Below, one piece after another: positions 37,837-48,543 of a DNA stretch of 64,000 nt. Position 1 is the stretch's first letter, and the number at the start of each line of letters is the position of its first letter. The stretch lies in IMG/VR virus record IMGVR_UViG_3300007734_000750. The stretch is one strand, 5' to 3'. The notes beneath the pieces were generated by a model. It had not been told where the DNA came from. It worked only from the letters and a program-made list of their open reading frames with translations, and ran no database searches. Source of the DNA: an uncultured virus (IMG/VR IMGVR_UViG_3300007734_000750) (Duplodnaviria; Heunggongvirae; Uroviricota; Caudoviricetes). The translations under genes were made by a program, and so were the position numbers.

Positions 37837-38340
37837 TTATTTTTCCTTAACCAAGATTAGACATCTTTTAAGGTATTCTTTTGCTCTTGAAGATGGGTCA
37901 GGGTGTCCTAATACTTTTTCAATATCTTTAACAAGTTCTTCTCCGTGTTCGTTTTCTTTGTATAGTTCAATTACTTTATCCATAGCTTTTAAACATTCCC
38001 CATTAGTTTCGTCAAAATAGTTTTTGTTTCTAAAAGTATTGATGTGATTCATTAAATTATATGCTAAATGGTCTCCTTTGTCTTCAATACCGTTGTGTAA
38101 TCTTAAAGTTCTTAACACATCTAAAGTATCAACCATTCCGTTAATTCCACCATCTCGTTTTAAAACGCTTGAAGTATAGTTACTAAAATTATCTGATGGT
38201 CCAATCATCATATCCAATGGTATTACATTACCTGCAACACATCTTGGTTTTTGTTCTTGTTCTTTTTCTGAATCTTGTTCAATCAAATGTTTTCTAATTG
38301 ATTGTTTAAGTTCTCTTTCGTTAATTGTTATATTTTTCAT
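37837..38340 (-). CDS. late protein with ITINE...LIEQ N-terminus
   Basis: TATTTAT upstream. Confidence 0.75.
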   Translation of the reverse strand: MKNITINERELKQSIRKHLIEQDSEKEQEQKPRCVAGNVIPLDMMIGPSDNFSNYTSSVLKRDGGINGMVDTLDVLRTLRLHNGIEDKGDHLAYNLMNHINTFRNKNYFDETNGECLKAMDKVIELYKENEHGEELVKDIEKVLGHPDPSSRAKEYLKRCLILVKEK

Positions 38341-38409
38341 AAATGAAATGTTTTATTCTATAAATATAATAAGAAATAGAATTATTCAAATATAAAAGTA
38401 TTTATTGTT

Positions 38410-39387
38410 ATGATAAGTGAAAAGACCATACAATTAATAAATAAAATTGTGTCAAAAGAGACATTCAAATATACAGGTGAGTTAATTCAAGGGGTTGACC
38501 AACTAGCTGATATTGATTATAAATTTAGAATAACCGGTCATAGAAAAATGATGAGTGTTGGTGAATATTATGATTACCTATTACTTGAAGTTACAATTAC
38601 AGGAGTTAACGACCCTATAAGTAATATGATATTTACACCTCAACCAACGGATACAAGTAAAGCAGTTGCTAGAATGTTTGAGACCCAATTATATGGATTT
38701 TATTCAAGATTAAATCAAGAAATTATGAATTATTTGAGATATTTTAATGATTCCGAAGAAGAATTTGTGAGAACAACAATTGATGAATTAAAATTTGACT
38801 TGAAAAAACCTGAAAACATAACAGAATCAAGAATGAGTAGAGTCGCAATTAGAACGACTGTAACTGATATTGTACATATATTAAAAAAGGGTAAATCCGG
38901 AGAATTTAGATTACCCGATACTGATGATGGTAGTGAATATTCTTTTATAAATTTACCTTTTGGTTATTCGGTAGATTTAAGTATTGAAATTGATGAAAAT
39001 ATGGAAGGGTATGAGATAGAGGGAGATTATTCATCTGAAGACGATGTTATTGAAATTGCGATATTATACAACCCAAAAACATTAAGAAGAAATTTTTACA
39101 ACATTATTGGTAAATTAAATGATATGGTTGCTCACGAATTAGAGCACGGATTTCAATATAATAAAGGTGAGCGAATTTACAATGACCCACCTGATGATTC
39201 ATTTGAGTATTACACCCAACCACACGAAATAACAGCACAAAGAGCCGGATTCAGAAGAGTTGCCAAATTAAGAAAATTACCATTTAATGATGTGGCTAGA
39301 GATTGGTTTAATGACCATAAAGACGTTCACGGATTAACAGACGATGAAATGGAAAAAGTGATTCAAATTATTATTGATGGAAAATAG
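38410..39387 (+). CDS. protein with C-terminal HExxH domain
   Basis: VAHELEH...YYTQPHEITA. Confidence 0.72.
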   Translation: MISEKTIQLINKIVSKETFKYTGELIQGVDQLADIDYKFRITGHRKMMSVGEYYDYLLLEVTITGVNDPISNMIFTPQPTDTSKAVARMFETQLYGFYSRLNQEIMNYLRYFNDSEEEFVRTTIDELKFDLKKPENITESRMSRVAIRTTVTDIVHILKKGKSGEFRLPDTDDGSEYSFINLPFGYSVDLSIEIDENMEGYEIEGDYSSEDDVIEIAILYNPKTLRRNFYNIIGKLNDMVAHELEHGFQYNKGERIYNDPPDDSFEYYTQPHEITAQRAGFRRVAKLRKLPFNDVARDWFNDHKDVHGLTDDEMEKVIQIIIDGK

Positions 39388-40156
39388 TGGTCAAATAAAA
39401 GGTGTTATATCATATATGACTAAACTCACTCACACTGTTAATGAGTTTAGAATCAAATTTGACAATATTGAGGTTGTTGAAGTAACTAGAGGTCAAACAC
39501 CTTATCCTCAAATCCAATACGATTTATATATTACACCAAAACAATCAGACATACCTTATTTATGGGATTTTTTCAATTGTAAATCAAAACACATAATACA
39601 AGATGGGTGTGAAATGGTTGGTCTTAGTTGGGGAAAGGTTTTTACTAAAGTTAAAGACATTTATTATGATGGTAGATTAAGTAGTAAATATGGTGGAGAT
39701 ATTCCTCAATCATTTATTCAAAAAATATCAAATAAAATACAAGAATTAGGACCAAAACAAATAAGTGCTTATTTTAATTGTGGGGGTCAAAGAAAACTAA
39801 CTTTAAATATTACTTATGAACTTTCAGATGTTTATATAGACGATGGAATGACCACAGATGTTTCAGTTTATTGTCATCAAGCATTAGTTGAGGGTGAACC
39901 TTTAGAAAACATACCTCAAGACCTTGCGGAAACTATTGTTGGATTTATGTCAGAAGTTGATTCTCTTAGAGAGCCGTTAGATGGAATTGTTTGGAATGAA
40001 ATTACTCAGTATATGGATTTAGCGGATTGTGAGATATGGACACATACTTATCCATATATTAGAACTATTGGTAACGTTGAGGTTGATGAATATAATTATG
40101 TAAATCAATCAACATTCTCAAGTAAATTATGTAGTTTTCTTTCGGGGGATTATTAA
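39377..40156 (+). CDS. hypothetical protein
   Basis: ORF. Confidence 0.72.
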   Translation: MENSGQIKGVISYMTKLTHTVNEFRIKFDNIEVVEVTRGQTPYPQIQYDLYITPKQSDIPYLWDFFNCKSKHIIQDGCEMVGLSWGKVFTKVKDIYYDGRLSSKYGGDIPQSFIQKISNKIQELGPKQISAYFNCGGQRKLTLNITYELSDVYIDDGMTTDVSVYCHQALVEGEPLENIPQDLAETIVGFMSEVDSLREPLDGIVWNEITQYMDLADCEIWTHTYPYIRTIGNVEVDEYNYVNQSTFSSKLCSFLSGDY

Positions 40157-40779
40157 CTTCTAAATCTTTTGATTAGTTTAATCATAATTTCTTTAAAAGT
40201 TGAACTTGAGATAGTTATAACTCCGTAAGATAATAATATTGTTATTATTTTATTGATGTCCGTTATTGATAATTTACCTGAAGAAATTTGATGAATATAA
40301 GGTAATAATGGAATCAAAAATGAGAACCCTAATACATTACTTACTTTAAATAATGTAATGTTTAAACTTTCCATAAAATCAAAAAATGTGTCTTTTAATT
40401 CTTGTGTTTTAGATAACGCAACTTCAAATTCGGAATCTAAATTTTTTTCACTAATTTTGTTTTTAATTTTTTGAATTATTTTTGGACTATTATAAAAGAA
40501 TGTTGCAATTACTCCTGTAAGTAATAAACTAATCTCAACATCATTCATAGATGGGTATTTACCCGAAAGAAAATCTCCTACCGGACCCATAAGACCACCA
40601 ATAGAAGCTCCAAAAGTTAATAAAGCCGCTTTATCACCACCGGTAATCTCTTTAATTTGTGTAGATATTAGTTTACCTATATCACTATTTTGTCTTAAAA
40701 TTTCCCCAAATTCACGACCGATTGACTCGGTAAGTATCATTTTTTCTTGGGATTCGGTGATTAAAATACTCATTTTCAT
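40153..40779 (-). CDS. membrane protein with ILITESQ N-terminus
   Basis: TATTTAT upstream; several hydrophobic segments. Confidence 0.7.
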   Translation of the reverse strand: MKMSILITESQEKMILTESIGREFGEILRQNSDIGKLISTQIKEITGGDKAALLTFGASIGGLMGPVGDFLSGKYPSMNDVEISLLLTGVIATFFYNSPKIIQKIKNKISEKNLDSEFEVALSKTQELKDTFFDFMESLNITLFKVSNVLGFSFLIPLLPYIHQISSGKLSITDINKIITILLSYGVITISSSTFKEIMIKLIKRFRS

Positions 40780-40829
40780 AATTATAAATACTTTAATTAT
40801 ATTTATTGTTATATAGAATATAAAAAAAT

Positions 40830-41405
40830 ATGAATCCAAAATTAAAAAAAGGTGATAGAGTATCTCTCTTATATATGTCAGGTGAAATATCTATGAACCC
40901 TGGTGAATGCGGTACGGTAAAAAGTGTTGATAATGTATTTGGTGATGTTCAATATGGTGTTAAATGGGATAACGGTAGTAATTTAGCATTATTATCAGAT
41001 ACTGACGCTTGGAAATTTGAAAAAAAACAAATTAAAGAGAATGAGTTAGACCGAATGAATGTTTTATACAAAAACATTGATGTGTTTAAATTTTTTAAGA
41101 TGGGATTTTTATACAAATACTTAAAATTAGTTAGAGAGGCGAGTATTGTTAATATGTTTGAGGCACCACCTTATTTATGGATGGGTAGTGAAAGAATTAA
41201 ACACGAATTTAAATACAAAAATATTCATAACGAAGAGGTGTTTGAAGAAATGGTTGCAATGTCCGATGCGGCGCAAGCAGAAATGATTAACGGGGTAGTA
41301 AATTATTTAGAAGACCAAGGTATTGAAGAGAATATGAATAATATTAACAAATACTTAAGAAAATTTGCAACAATGGTAGTTCAAAACTATATGCACATCG
41401 GATAA
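40830..41405 (+). CDS. DUF4314-like SH3 domain protein
   Basis: GDRV.L..M...G..GTV..VD...VKWDNGS.LAL. Confidence 0.65.
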   Translation: MNPKLKKGDRVSLLYMSGEISMNPGECGTVKSVDNVFGDVQYGVKWDNGSNLALLSDTDAWKFEKKQIKENELDRMNVLYKNIDVFKFFKMGFLYKYLKLVREASIVNMFEAPPYLWMGSERIKHEFKYKNIHNEEVFEEMVAMSDAAQAEMINGVVNYLEDQGIEENMNNINKYLRKFATMVVQNYMHIG

Positions 41406-41443
41406 TTCAATAAACAATTATATTTATATACAAAACAAACAAT

Positions 41444-42070
41444 ATGAACGCATATTATTTTAAAATGACAAACGAGGAAAGAGAAAACATCCTTGACCAA
41501 CATAAAACAATTTATGATGGATACGTAACAAGTTACGCACAACAACCAAAAGAACAACCATTATATACACAAGATTTTGCAAATGACAAACAAGGTCTAA
41601 CTGTAAATAATAAAGGTGTTGTTACAGCATATAAAAATATGGGTATCAATGAGATGAAATATGACGGGAAATCTACCGGTTTATTTTCATCTGAAGAACC
41701 AAAAGAAGGTTATATACCTTCAGGTAGTGCCTACGAACCGGAAGAAACTTTTGAATCTGAAGATAAAGATGATGAATACTATGTTTCATTAGGTGAACAA
41801 TTAGATATGATTGGTGATGGTGATGAAGATTTAGAACACGGTGTTTTTGGACACGATGATGAAGATGAATTTATGGATTATGATGGGGATGACGCATCAA
41901 CTTGGCCGGGAGCTAATTACGGTGATGAAGATGAGGATGAATTAGTATTTAATCTTGGTGATGGAATATTTGATGATGAAGATGATATTGATGATGAAGA
42001 GGTTGAAGGATTATTTGATGATTTAAGAGAATCTTTGGATATGTTTAAAAGATTTACAAAATATAACTAA
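41444..42070 (+). CDS. acidic late protein
   Basis: TATTTAT upstream; D/E-rich. Confidence 0.72.
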   Translation: MNAYYFKMTNEERENILDQHKTIYDGYVTSYAQQPKEQPLYTQDFANDKQGLTVNNKGVVTAYKNMGINEMKYDGKSTGLFSSEEPKEGYIPSGSAYEPEETFESEDKDDEYYVSLGEQLDMIGDGDEDLEHGVFGHDDEDEFMDYDGDDASTWPGANYGDEDEDELVFNLGDGIFDDEDDIDDEEVEGLFDDLRESLDMFKRFTKYN

Positions 42071-42071
42071 G

Positions 42072-42353
42072 ATGAAAAAAGTAATTAAATTAAAAGAAAG
42101 TGATTTAATTAACATCATAAGACGTGTTATTAAAGAACAAGAAATGGAAGAGGATAGGTTAGATTTTGCTAATATGTCTGATGACGAATTACACGATTTA
42201 CACCCGGAAATCAAAAGACATCCAAAACATTTTAAAGATTTCACACCAACATCAGAGTATTTAGGATGGAGAGGTGAAGTATCTAAAAGAAATATGTACA
42301 AACGAAATGGGAAATACCACAACGCTTTTCCCGATAAGAAAAAAGAAGATTAA
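42072..42353 (+). CDS. late protein with IKLKESDL...IKEQ N-terminus
   Basis: shared N-terminal motif. Confidence 0.7.
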   Translation: MKKVIKLKESDLINIIRRVIKEQEMEEDRLDFANMSDDELHDLHPEIKRHPKHFKDFTPTSEYLGWRGEVSKRNMYKRNGKYHNAFPDKKKED

Positions 42354-42358
42354 AAAAA

Positions 42359-42664
42359 ATGGAAATTAAAGAGTTAGAGTCGTTTTATATAAATGAGGCA
42401 TCCCAAACTTTAGATGTTACATTTAGGATACTATCCGATAATGAAGACGAAATTAGAACCGACCAAATTGATTTAACGGAATCAAAAACATTTGGTTATG
42501 ATTTAACAAATCAACCATCTTCAGATTTTTTTGATGATGAAGAATATGAAGACATATTTGACGATGATGATGAGACAGAATTAGATGAGGAAGAAATTAT
42601 ATCATTTTTAAATGAATATTATTTAATTTATCCTGATAAATTACCCAATACACAATTATATTAA
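42359..42664 (+). CDS. acidic hypothetical protein
   Basis: ORF. Confidence 0.7.
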   Translation: MEIKELESFYINEASQTLDVTFRILSDNEDEIRTDQIDLTESKTFGYDLTNQPSSDFFDDEEYEDIFDDDDETELDEEEIISFLNEYYLIYPDKLPNTQLY

Positions 42665-42694
42665 ACAAATAACCCCTCCGTTAAGAGGGGTTTT

Positions 42695-43201
42695 TTATGG
42701 TCCTACACGAGTTAAATGTAAGGTAACAATTTGATTTGGACCTGAACTTGAATACGGCCACATTCCGGTGGTTTGAAGGGTTAAACTTTCCAATCCATCA
42801 TCAAGGATTTTAAATGTCCTTACAGACCCATTTACATAAAATTGGATATAACCCAAGTCATATACATTATAATTCCTTATAACCGAATAAAAGTATTGTC
42901 TTTGCCAAATTGTTGTTCCATTTCCTTGTTGTATTGGATATAGTGAAATAACACTATAATCAAAATGCCATCTAGTGAATCCTACCCAAATATCGTCCAT
43001 TGGTAATATGTCGTATGGATTAACATAATGCGTTCCCATATTATATATTGTTCCACTACTATTTGTGGTGTTTTCCGTGCTTAACATAGTAATCTTATCA
43101 ATCACATATTCTCCACTTAATGATAATGAGGAAGGTTCTTGATAAACCTCACAAGAATTAAAGGTCATAATAACCATTAACAATAAAAGTATTTTCTTCA
43201 T
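42695..43201 (-). CDS. putative lipoprotein
   Basis: MKK-hydrophobic-FNSC lipobox. Confidence 0.7.
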   Translation of the reverse strand: MKKILLLLMVIMTFNSCEVYQEPSSLSLSGEYVIDKITMLSTENTTNSSGTIYNMGTHYVNPYDILPMDDIWVGFTRWHFDYSVISLYPIQQGNGTTIWQRQYFYSVIRNYNVYDLGYIQFYVNGSVRTFKILDDGLESLTLQTTGMWPYSSSGPNQIVTLHLTRVGP

Positions 43202-43262
43202 AGTATTTTATTTTTTTACAAATATATTACTTTTTTATTGATTTACAAAATATTTATCTATT

Positions 43263-43514
43263 ATGAGAACAGATGTTGATTATATTATTTCCTTAATGAA
43301 GGAATATACACCAAAAAAAGAAGGTGAATTGGATGAACAAGAGGCTGCATCATCAGGTGGTAGTGGTGGTGGAGCGGGAGCCGGAAACAATTTAAACACA
43401 AGAGGTAGAAAATGGGAAACCGGATTAACTCGTGGTCACGCAAATAAATTGGGGTTAAAAGGTGAAAAGTGGGAAACGGGTATAACTCGTGGTCACGCAA
43501 ATCCGGTTGCTTAA
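43263..43514 (+). CDS. small late protein with duplicated KWETGxTRGHAN
   Basis: direct repeat at DNA and protein level. Confidence 0.7.
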   Translation: MRTDVDYIISLMKEYTPKKEGELDEQEAASSGGSGGGAGAGNNLNTRGRKWETGLTRGHANKLGLKGEKWETGITRGHANPVA

Positions 43515-43547
43515 AAATAATTATCAATTTACGTATATTTATAGATT

Positions 43548-44999
43548 ATGGAAATATTAATAAGTAAAGATAGAAGTTTGTTGTATTTTGACGGTAAAGT
43601 ATCTAATTTAGATACCAAAACGTCTGTGGATATATTTTCACTTTCAATAAATGAAACTATTGATATTTTTAAACGTCAATCAAGTGAATTATTAAAGGAA
43701 AATAAAGACAACTTACTACATATAAATTCAATTATTAGGTCAATAGGTCATTTAATAAATGATGATTTAAATGTTGAGGATAAACAATTCTTTTTATTTG
43801 AACTTGAAAATAAATTAAAAATTGATTTATTAGTTGAGAGTATTAATGATTCAATATTACTTACCGAACAAGCTTGGGATTGGGTTAAAGATAAAGCCGG
43901 TAAAGCTTGGGATGCGACTAAATCAGGTGTTAAATGGGTTGGTGACAAACTATCAGATGTTGGTAAATATTTGTGGAATAAAGGATTACCTTGGTTTTTT
44001 GATAAATTAAGAGACTTTTGTTATAGTCCTATAGGTATAGGGTTAGACGTTGCATTAACTGTTGCGATTCCTGCGGCAGGTAAGGTGGTAATGAGTGTCG
44101 TATTTGGAGCATTATTATTATGGGAAATTAAAGAATTAATAGAAAAAGGACCCGGTTGGGGAACCATTTTAAATGTTATTTTCGCAGCAATAGGTGTTTT
44201 AGTACCGGCATTAAGTAAGTCAGGAAAGGCAGCTGTTGGTGGTGCAAAATCTTTAGGAGCAATTCCTGTTGCATCAAGAGGGATTATAGTTAAGATGATT
44301 GAGATGGGTAAGAGTATGATTAGTAAAATTGTTAGTATTGCCGGAAAAGGGGCTGAATGGTTGGCAGGATTATTTGGTCCGGGGGCTAAATCTTGGATGT
44401 CAGGTATTTTAAAATCGTTAGAAACAACATTAACTAAAGTATTTAATTTTGCCGGTAAAAAAGTTGTTGGTAGTGGTGAAAAATTAACATCAACTAGATT
44501 AGCGGCTGGTATCAGTAAAGGCGCTAAAACCGCAATAATATGGTCGGGAATTAATATGGGATTACATAAATTTATGAATTCCGAAATAGGCCAAAAGGCT
44601 GGTCGAAGAATTAGTAAATTATTTGGTGGCTCAGGTGCCGATTATAACGAAGAAGACCTCAGAAAAATGATTTTAGAGGATAACCCAAGTTTAAAAACCC
44701 CTAAAAAAATCGAATTTAATAATAATGATGATGGTCAACCGGAATTAGTGATGATTGATGGTATACAATATCGTTTAAGTTTTGATAATCCCGAGAATAA
44801 AGCATTATTAATACCTATTAAAGGTAAACCAAATACTACAACAAATAATGGTAATAATATAATAACTAATTATGATTCTATTTGGGATTATATGGAAAAA
44901 GATGGTAAATATTATGCTAAGAAAAAAGGTAGTAACAAATGGGTTTTAACTAACGGAAATGTTAGTTTATCAATTAAAAATAAAGTATATAATAAATAA
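43548..44999 (+). CDS. large late protein with amphipathic/TM helices
   Basis: TATTTAT upstream; W-periodic helix then hydrophobic segments. Confidence 0.75.
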   Translation: MEILISKDRSLLYFDGKVSNLDTKTSVDIFSLSINETIDIFKRQSSELLKENKDNLLHINSIIRSIGHLINDDLNVEDKQFFLFELENKLKIDLLVESINDSILLTEQAWDWVKDKAGKAWDATKSGVKWVGDKLSDVGKYLWNKGLPWFFDKLRDFCYSPIGIGLDVALTVAIPAAGKVVMSVVFGALLLWEIKELIEKGPGWGTILNVIFAAIGVLVPALSKSGKAAVGGAKSLGAIPVASRGIIVKMIEMGKSMISKIVSIAGKGAEWLAGLFGPGAKSWMSGILKSLETTLTKVFNFAGKKVVGSGEKLTSTRLAAGISKGAKTAIIWSGINMGLHKFMNSEIGQKAGRRISKLFGGSGADYNEEDLRKMILEDNPSLKTPKKIEFNNNDDGQPELVMIDGIQYRLSFDNPENKALLIPIKGKPNTTTNNGNNIITNYDSIWDYMEKDGKYYAKKKGSNKWVLTNGNVSLSIKNKVYNK

Positions 45000-45005
45000 T
45001 AGAAT

Positions 45006-45941
45006 ATGGAAAAAATTTTAATTTCAGAATCAAATAGAATTAAAGAAATAATGGGTATATCTACCACTAATAATGTATTATCTGAACAATGGGCATCAGA
45101 GATTGAGGATTTAATTACCTCTTTAAGAAATGGGGGTAAAATCACTCAAGAAATTGATACATTATTAAAAGATTTTGCGGAAGATTTAGTTAAAAATAGT
45201 CAATCTAAGAAAAAATTGGGTGATTTTCTTAAAAGTTCTGAAGGTCAAAGAACTATTAGGGAAATTGAATCGGAAATTTCACAATTACCTGATGGTATTA
45301 GAAAAAGTATGGCTAAAAGAAATTTAGGTAAATTAAAAAGTGCTGAAAAAAATTGGGGTTCAAGAGTTTCCGGAGGTGGAAATCGTGGTGGTAATACAGG
45401 TGGTAATACCGGTGGTTCATCAGTAAAAATTTTAAGTGATGAAGCTGAGGCTTTATTTGGTAGAGTTGGAAGAAATTTAACTAGTCAAGAAAGAGACTTT
45501 ATTGAAAGTGTTTCCGAAAAAATCTATAAAAATTCTAAAACTTTAACTGATGCTGAAATTTTAAAATTGGAAAATTTAGGTTTGGATGTTAAACGAGCAA
45601 TAAATAAACTTAAAAATGCAAAAGATTCAAGATTACGAATGAGAGGTAATACTTTAGATAATTTTATGAAAAATCTTAAATTAGGGGCTAAAACAGGTTC
45701 AAAAATACCTGTATATGAAATAGGTAAAACGGTTGTTAATTTAATTGGTGTTATGATAATTTTAAAAATGTATAATAAAATAAGTACAATAACTATTGCG
45801 GGAGAACATTTACCTCAATTACCATCACCAATAGGTCCTGGTGAGAGTATATTTGCCGATGGTAGTTCAACACCAACTCAAACACCTAATCAAACACCGG
45901 AAACAACACCGGATAATAATTTACCTTTAGAAACTTGGTAA
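45006..45941 (+). CDS. late protein with ILISE...LSEQ N-terminus
   Basis: shared motif; Gly-rich linker. Confidence 0.75.
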   Translation: MEKILISESNRIKEIMGISTTNNVLSEQWASEIEDLITSLRNGGKITQEIDTLLKDFAEDLVKNSQSKKKLGDFLKSSEGQRTIREIESEISQLPDGIRKSMAKRNLGKLKSAEKNWGSRVSGGGNRGGNTGGNTGGSSVKILSDEAEALFGRVGRNLTSQERDFIESVSEKIYKNSKTLTDAEILKLENLGLDVKRAINKLKNAKDSRLRMRGNTLDNFMKNLKLGAKTGSKIPVYEIGKTVVNLIGVMIILKMYNKISTITIAGEHLPQLPSPIGPGESIFADGSSTPTQTPNQTPETTPDNNLPLETW

Positions 45942-45942
45942 T

Positions 45943-48543
45943 ATGAACGAAATTGAATTAAGAAAACTTTGGGATAAGTTACAAGGTAAAATAAATGTTG
46001 GTGATTTTGAACGTTTTAAAGGTTTAATGTCAGATGTGGAATCGCGTAAACGATTTTATGATAAATTTTATGATAAATTAAAAAATCTTAGATTTGATTT
46101 ACAATCTTATGACGAATATGAACGTAGATTATCTTCAGGTGGAGTTCCTATTGGAAATGGTGGTAATTCATCTTCAAATGGAGGTAACATATCAACTGAT
46201 TGGTTAGTTGACCCAACAGGAAGTAAAAAATATGTATATCAAATTAGAGATTGTAAATGGTTTGCTAAAAACACATCAACTAATAAAGAATTTAATATTA
46301 GTGATAATCCAAAATATGATAGTTCAGTTAACATATTAAACAATGCTCACCCTGATTTAATTAAAAATTGTAATAAACAAAAAACAAATAATAAACCTGA
46401 CCAAACTCAACCTGAGGTAACCACTGTTAATTTACCTGACTGGGCAACTTGTTTAAAAGTATTAAAAAATGCTAAAGTAACTCAAGATAGTAAAGATGAA
46501 GAAATTGTTATTCATCTATTTGGTCGTGATTCAGGTTATTTTTGGAAAGATAATTCGTTTTTATACATATCTAAAGACGGAACTAAAACATATGGTAAAT
46601 GGTCTTGTAAAAATAATTCATTAGTTATTAAACTTGATGACGGTAATGTATGGACATCATCTGCAGGATGGGTTGTATCTCCAGACAAAACTGAAACACC
46701 TGACAAAAATTTTGACCCTACTTGGGTAGATGGTGACGAATTTTCATCACCAAGCGAACTTCCATCAACATTAAATCAAAACGAATCAACTATGGATAAT
46801 TTAGAAAATATTATAAATGAGGTTAATTCTCTCATTATTGAACAAACACAACAAATAGTTCAAGCTCCAAAAGATGAACTAACTATATTAACTACAAACC
46901 CATTTTTAAAAGATAAAGGTACTTTAGTTGCGTTATGTAGAAGTCAAAATGGAACATCAAAACCGGTTAATGTTAATGGTAAAATATATTTTGCGGCTAA
47001 AAAGACGTTTAAAAAAACTGATACTGCAAAAACAAAACCATTTTTTATAACATATGATGGAATGCTTTTAGAGGGTAGTGAATGTAAATACAATTATGTC
47101 ATAGATGATAAAACAAAAAGTCCTAAGAAAATGAGTGGGATGACATTTTATGATTTAGATTTACCATATACTGATATTTTATTAAAATTTGGTATTGACC
47201 CTAAAAACTATGATAGTGACCCATATTTTACAATTAATAGTGTTAGTGCAGATTTAAAAAAACTTGCTGAACAAGGTGCAGTATCTAATGTATTTAAAAG
47301 TTGGAATGATATGTTGAGATATTATCACCCACAAGATTACGCAAATTATTCAATAATCCCACCATCAGGAGGTTCATTAAACCCCCCAACTAATAGAGGT
47401 CAATTAGACCAATATTACCCAATTAACGGAAGACAGTATGGTTTAATGTATAACGATAAAGATGTTGTAATTTATTTCCCTCAAAATAAGGTACCTGAAA
47501 TTGAAGGGTCAACAGGTAAAAATGACCAATACACTAAAGATAAATGTGATAAAGCAATCAAAACTTATTTATCGGCAGTTATTAGATACGCGACTCGTCA
47601 AGACACTAAAGACAATTCAGCTGTTAACAATGGAAGATATAAATCATTCCTTCAAGGATGTTGGGGTTCTGGTGTATATGAAGACCTTGAAATTATTCCG
47701 GACGACTTACCTAAAGTTGATAAAAAACATAAATTATTTACATTTTGGAGAGGTAAAACTTTAAATAAAGATAATGTTTATAATATATTAGCAGGTAAAG
47801 ATGAAAAATTCCCCGCAGGTCAAAATCCATATTTACCATTAACACTTGATGGTAAAGGTGTGAATGAATCTAAAACAAAATTAGATAAATTAATCAAAGA
47901 AAATTTACAAAAATTATCTGAAGAGAAAAATAGTAATTTATTAGCTGAAACTAAAATTATTCAAACAAGAACTAAAATTTTAACTGAAAATAGAATTCTT
48001 AAATTTAAACAACCAAGAGAAAAATTCTTTAATGAAATTATCTCTGAGGCAATTTATTTAGAATCTCAAGGGTTTGATAAACAACTTATCAAAGAAGAAT
48101 TTTGGGATACATTGAAAGGTATGTTTGGACAACACGGGTCAGAAGCAATCTTTGGTACATTCAAAGAATATATGGGTAAATGGTTACTTAAAAAACTTAC
48201 ACCTGTAAATCCTGATGGATGGATTGGTAGTATAATTGTTGCGGCAATCGGTAATTTACATATCAATGATTTATCAAAATTAACTGATTGTAACTTCTTA
48301 ACTAAAAAATTAGCATCATCTATCGGTGAAGGTGTAGCACGTAAGATACAACACGACAAAGGATATGATGGAGGTATTTCAGACATAGTTAGAAATGGAT
48401 TATTTAGTGCAATTGACAACACTCAAATGGTACAATCTCTTGAATCAGGTTTAGCTAAATTAATTTGTCCTGCACTTAGCGGTGTTAAAACAAAAATAGA
48501 AAATAAGGCAAAACAAATGAAAACAATGGCAGTACAGGCCTAA
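45943..48543 (+). CDS. large multidomain putative virion protein (866 aa)
   Basis: long ORF; clusters of (I/L)xE motifs between domains. Confidence 0.75.
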   Translation: MNEIELRKLWDKLQGKINVGDFERFKGLMSDVESRKRFYDKFYDKLKNLRFDLQSYDEYERRLSSGGVPIGNGGNSSSNGGNISTDWLVDPTGSKKYVYQIRDCKWFAKNTSTNKEFNISDNPKYDSSVNILNNAHPDLIKNCNKQKTNNKPDQTQPEVTTVNLPDWATCLKVLKNAKVTQDSKDEEIVIHLFGRDSGYFWKDNSFLYISKDGTKTYGKWSCKNNSLVIKLDDGNVWTSSAGWVVSPDKTETPDKNFDPTWVDGDEFSSPSELPSTLNQNESTMDNLENIINEVNSLIIEQTQQIVQAPKDELTILTTNPFLKDKGTLVALCRSQNGTSKPVNVNGKIYFAAKKTFKKTDTAKTKPFFITYDGMLLEGSECKYNYVIDDKTKSPKKMSGMTFYDLDLPYTDILLKFGIDPKNYDSDPYFTINSVSADLKKLAEQGAVSNVFKSWNDMLRYYHPQDYANYSIIPPSGGSLNPPTNRGQLDQYYPINGRQYGLMYNDKDVVIYFPQNKVPEIEGSTGKNDQYTKDKCDKAIKTYLSAVIRYATRQDTKDNSAVNNGRYKSFLQGCWGSGVYEDLEIIPDDLPKVDKKHKLFTFWRGKTLNKDNVYNILAGKDEKFPAGQNPYLPLTLDGKGVNESKTKLDKLIKENLQKLSEEKNSNLLAETKIIQTRTKILTENRILKFKQPREKFFNEIISEAIYLESQGFDKQLIKEEFWDTLKGMFGQHGSEAIFGTFKEYMGKWLLKKLTPVNPDGWIGSIIVAAIGNLHINDLSKLTDCNFLTKKLASSIGEGVARKIQHDKGYDGGISDIVRNGLFSAIDNTQMVQSLESGLAKLICPALSGVKTKIENKAKQMKTMAVQA

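Noticed and set aside
37720..37839. Stop read-through of ORF 37837
   Set aside because: The frame stays open for about 36 codons but crosses a terminator, and the stop is TAA.
43408..43503. Direct repeat in ORF 43263 as a second CRISPR array
   Set aside because: Only two copies, a short linker and third-position differences; a protein repeat.
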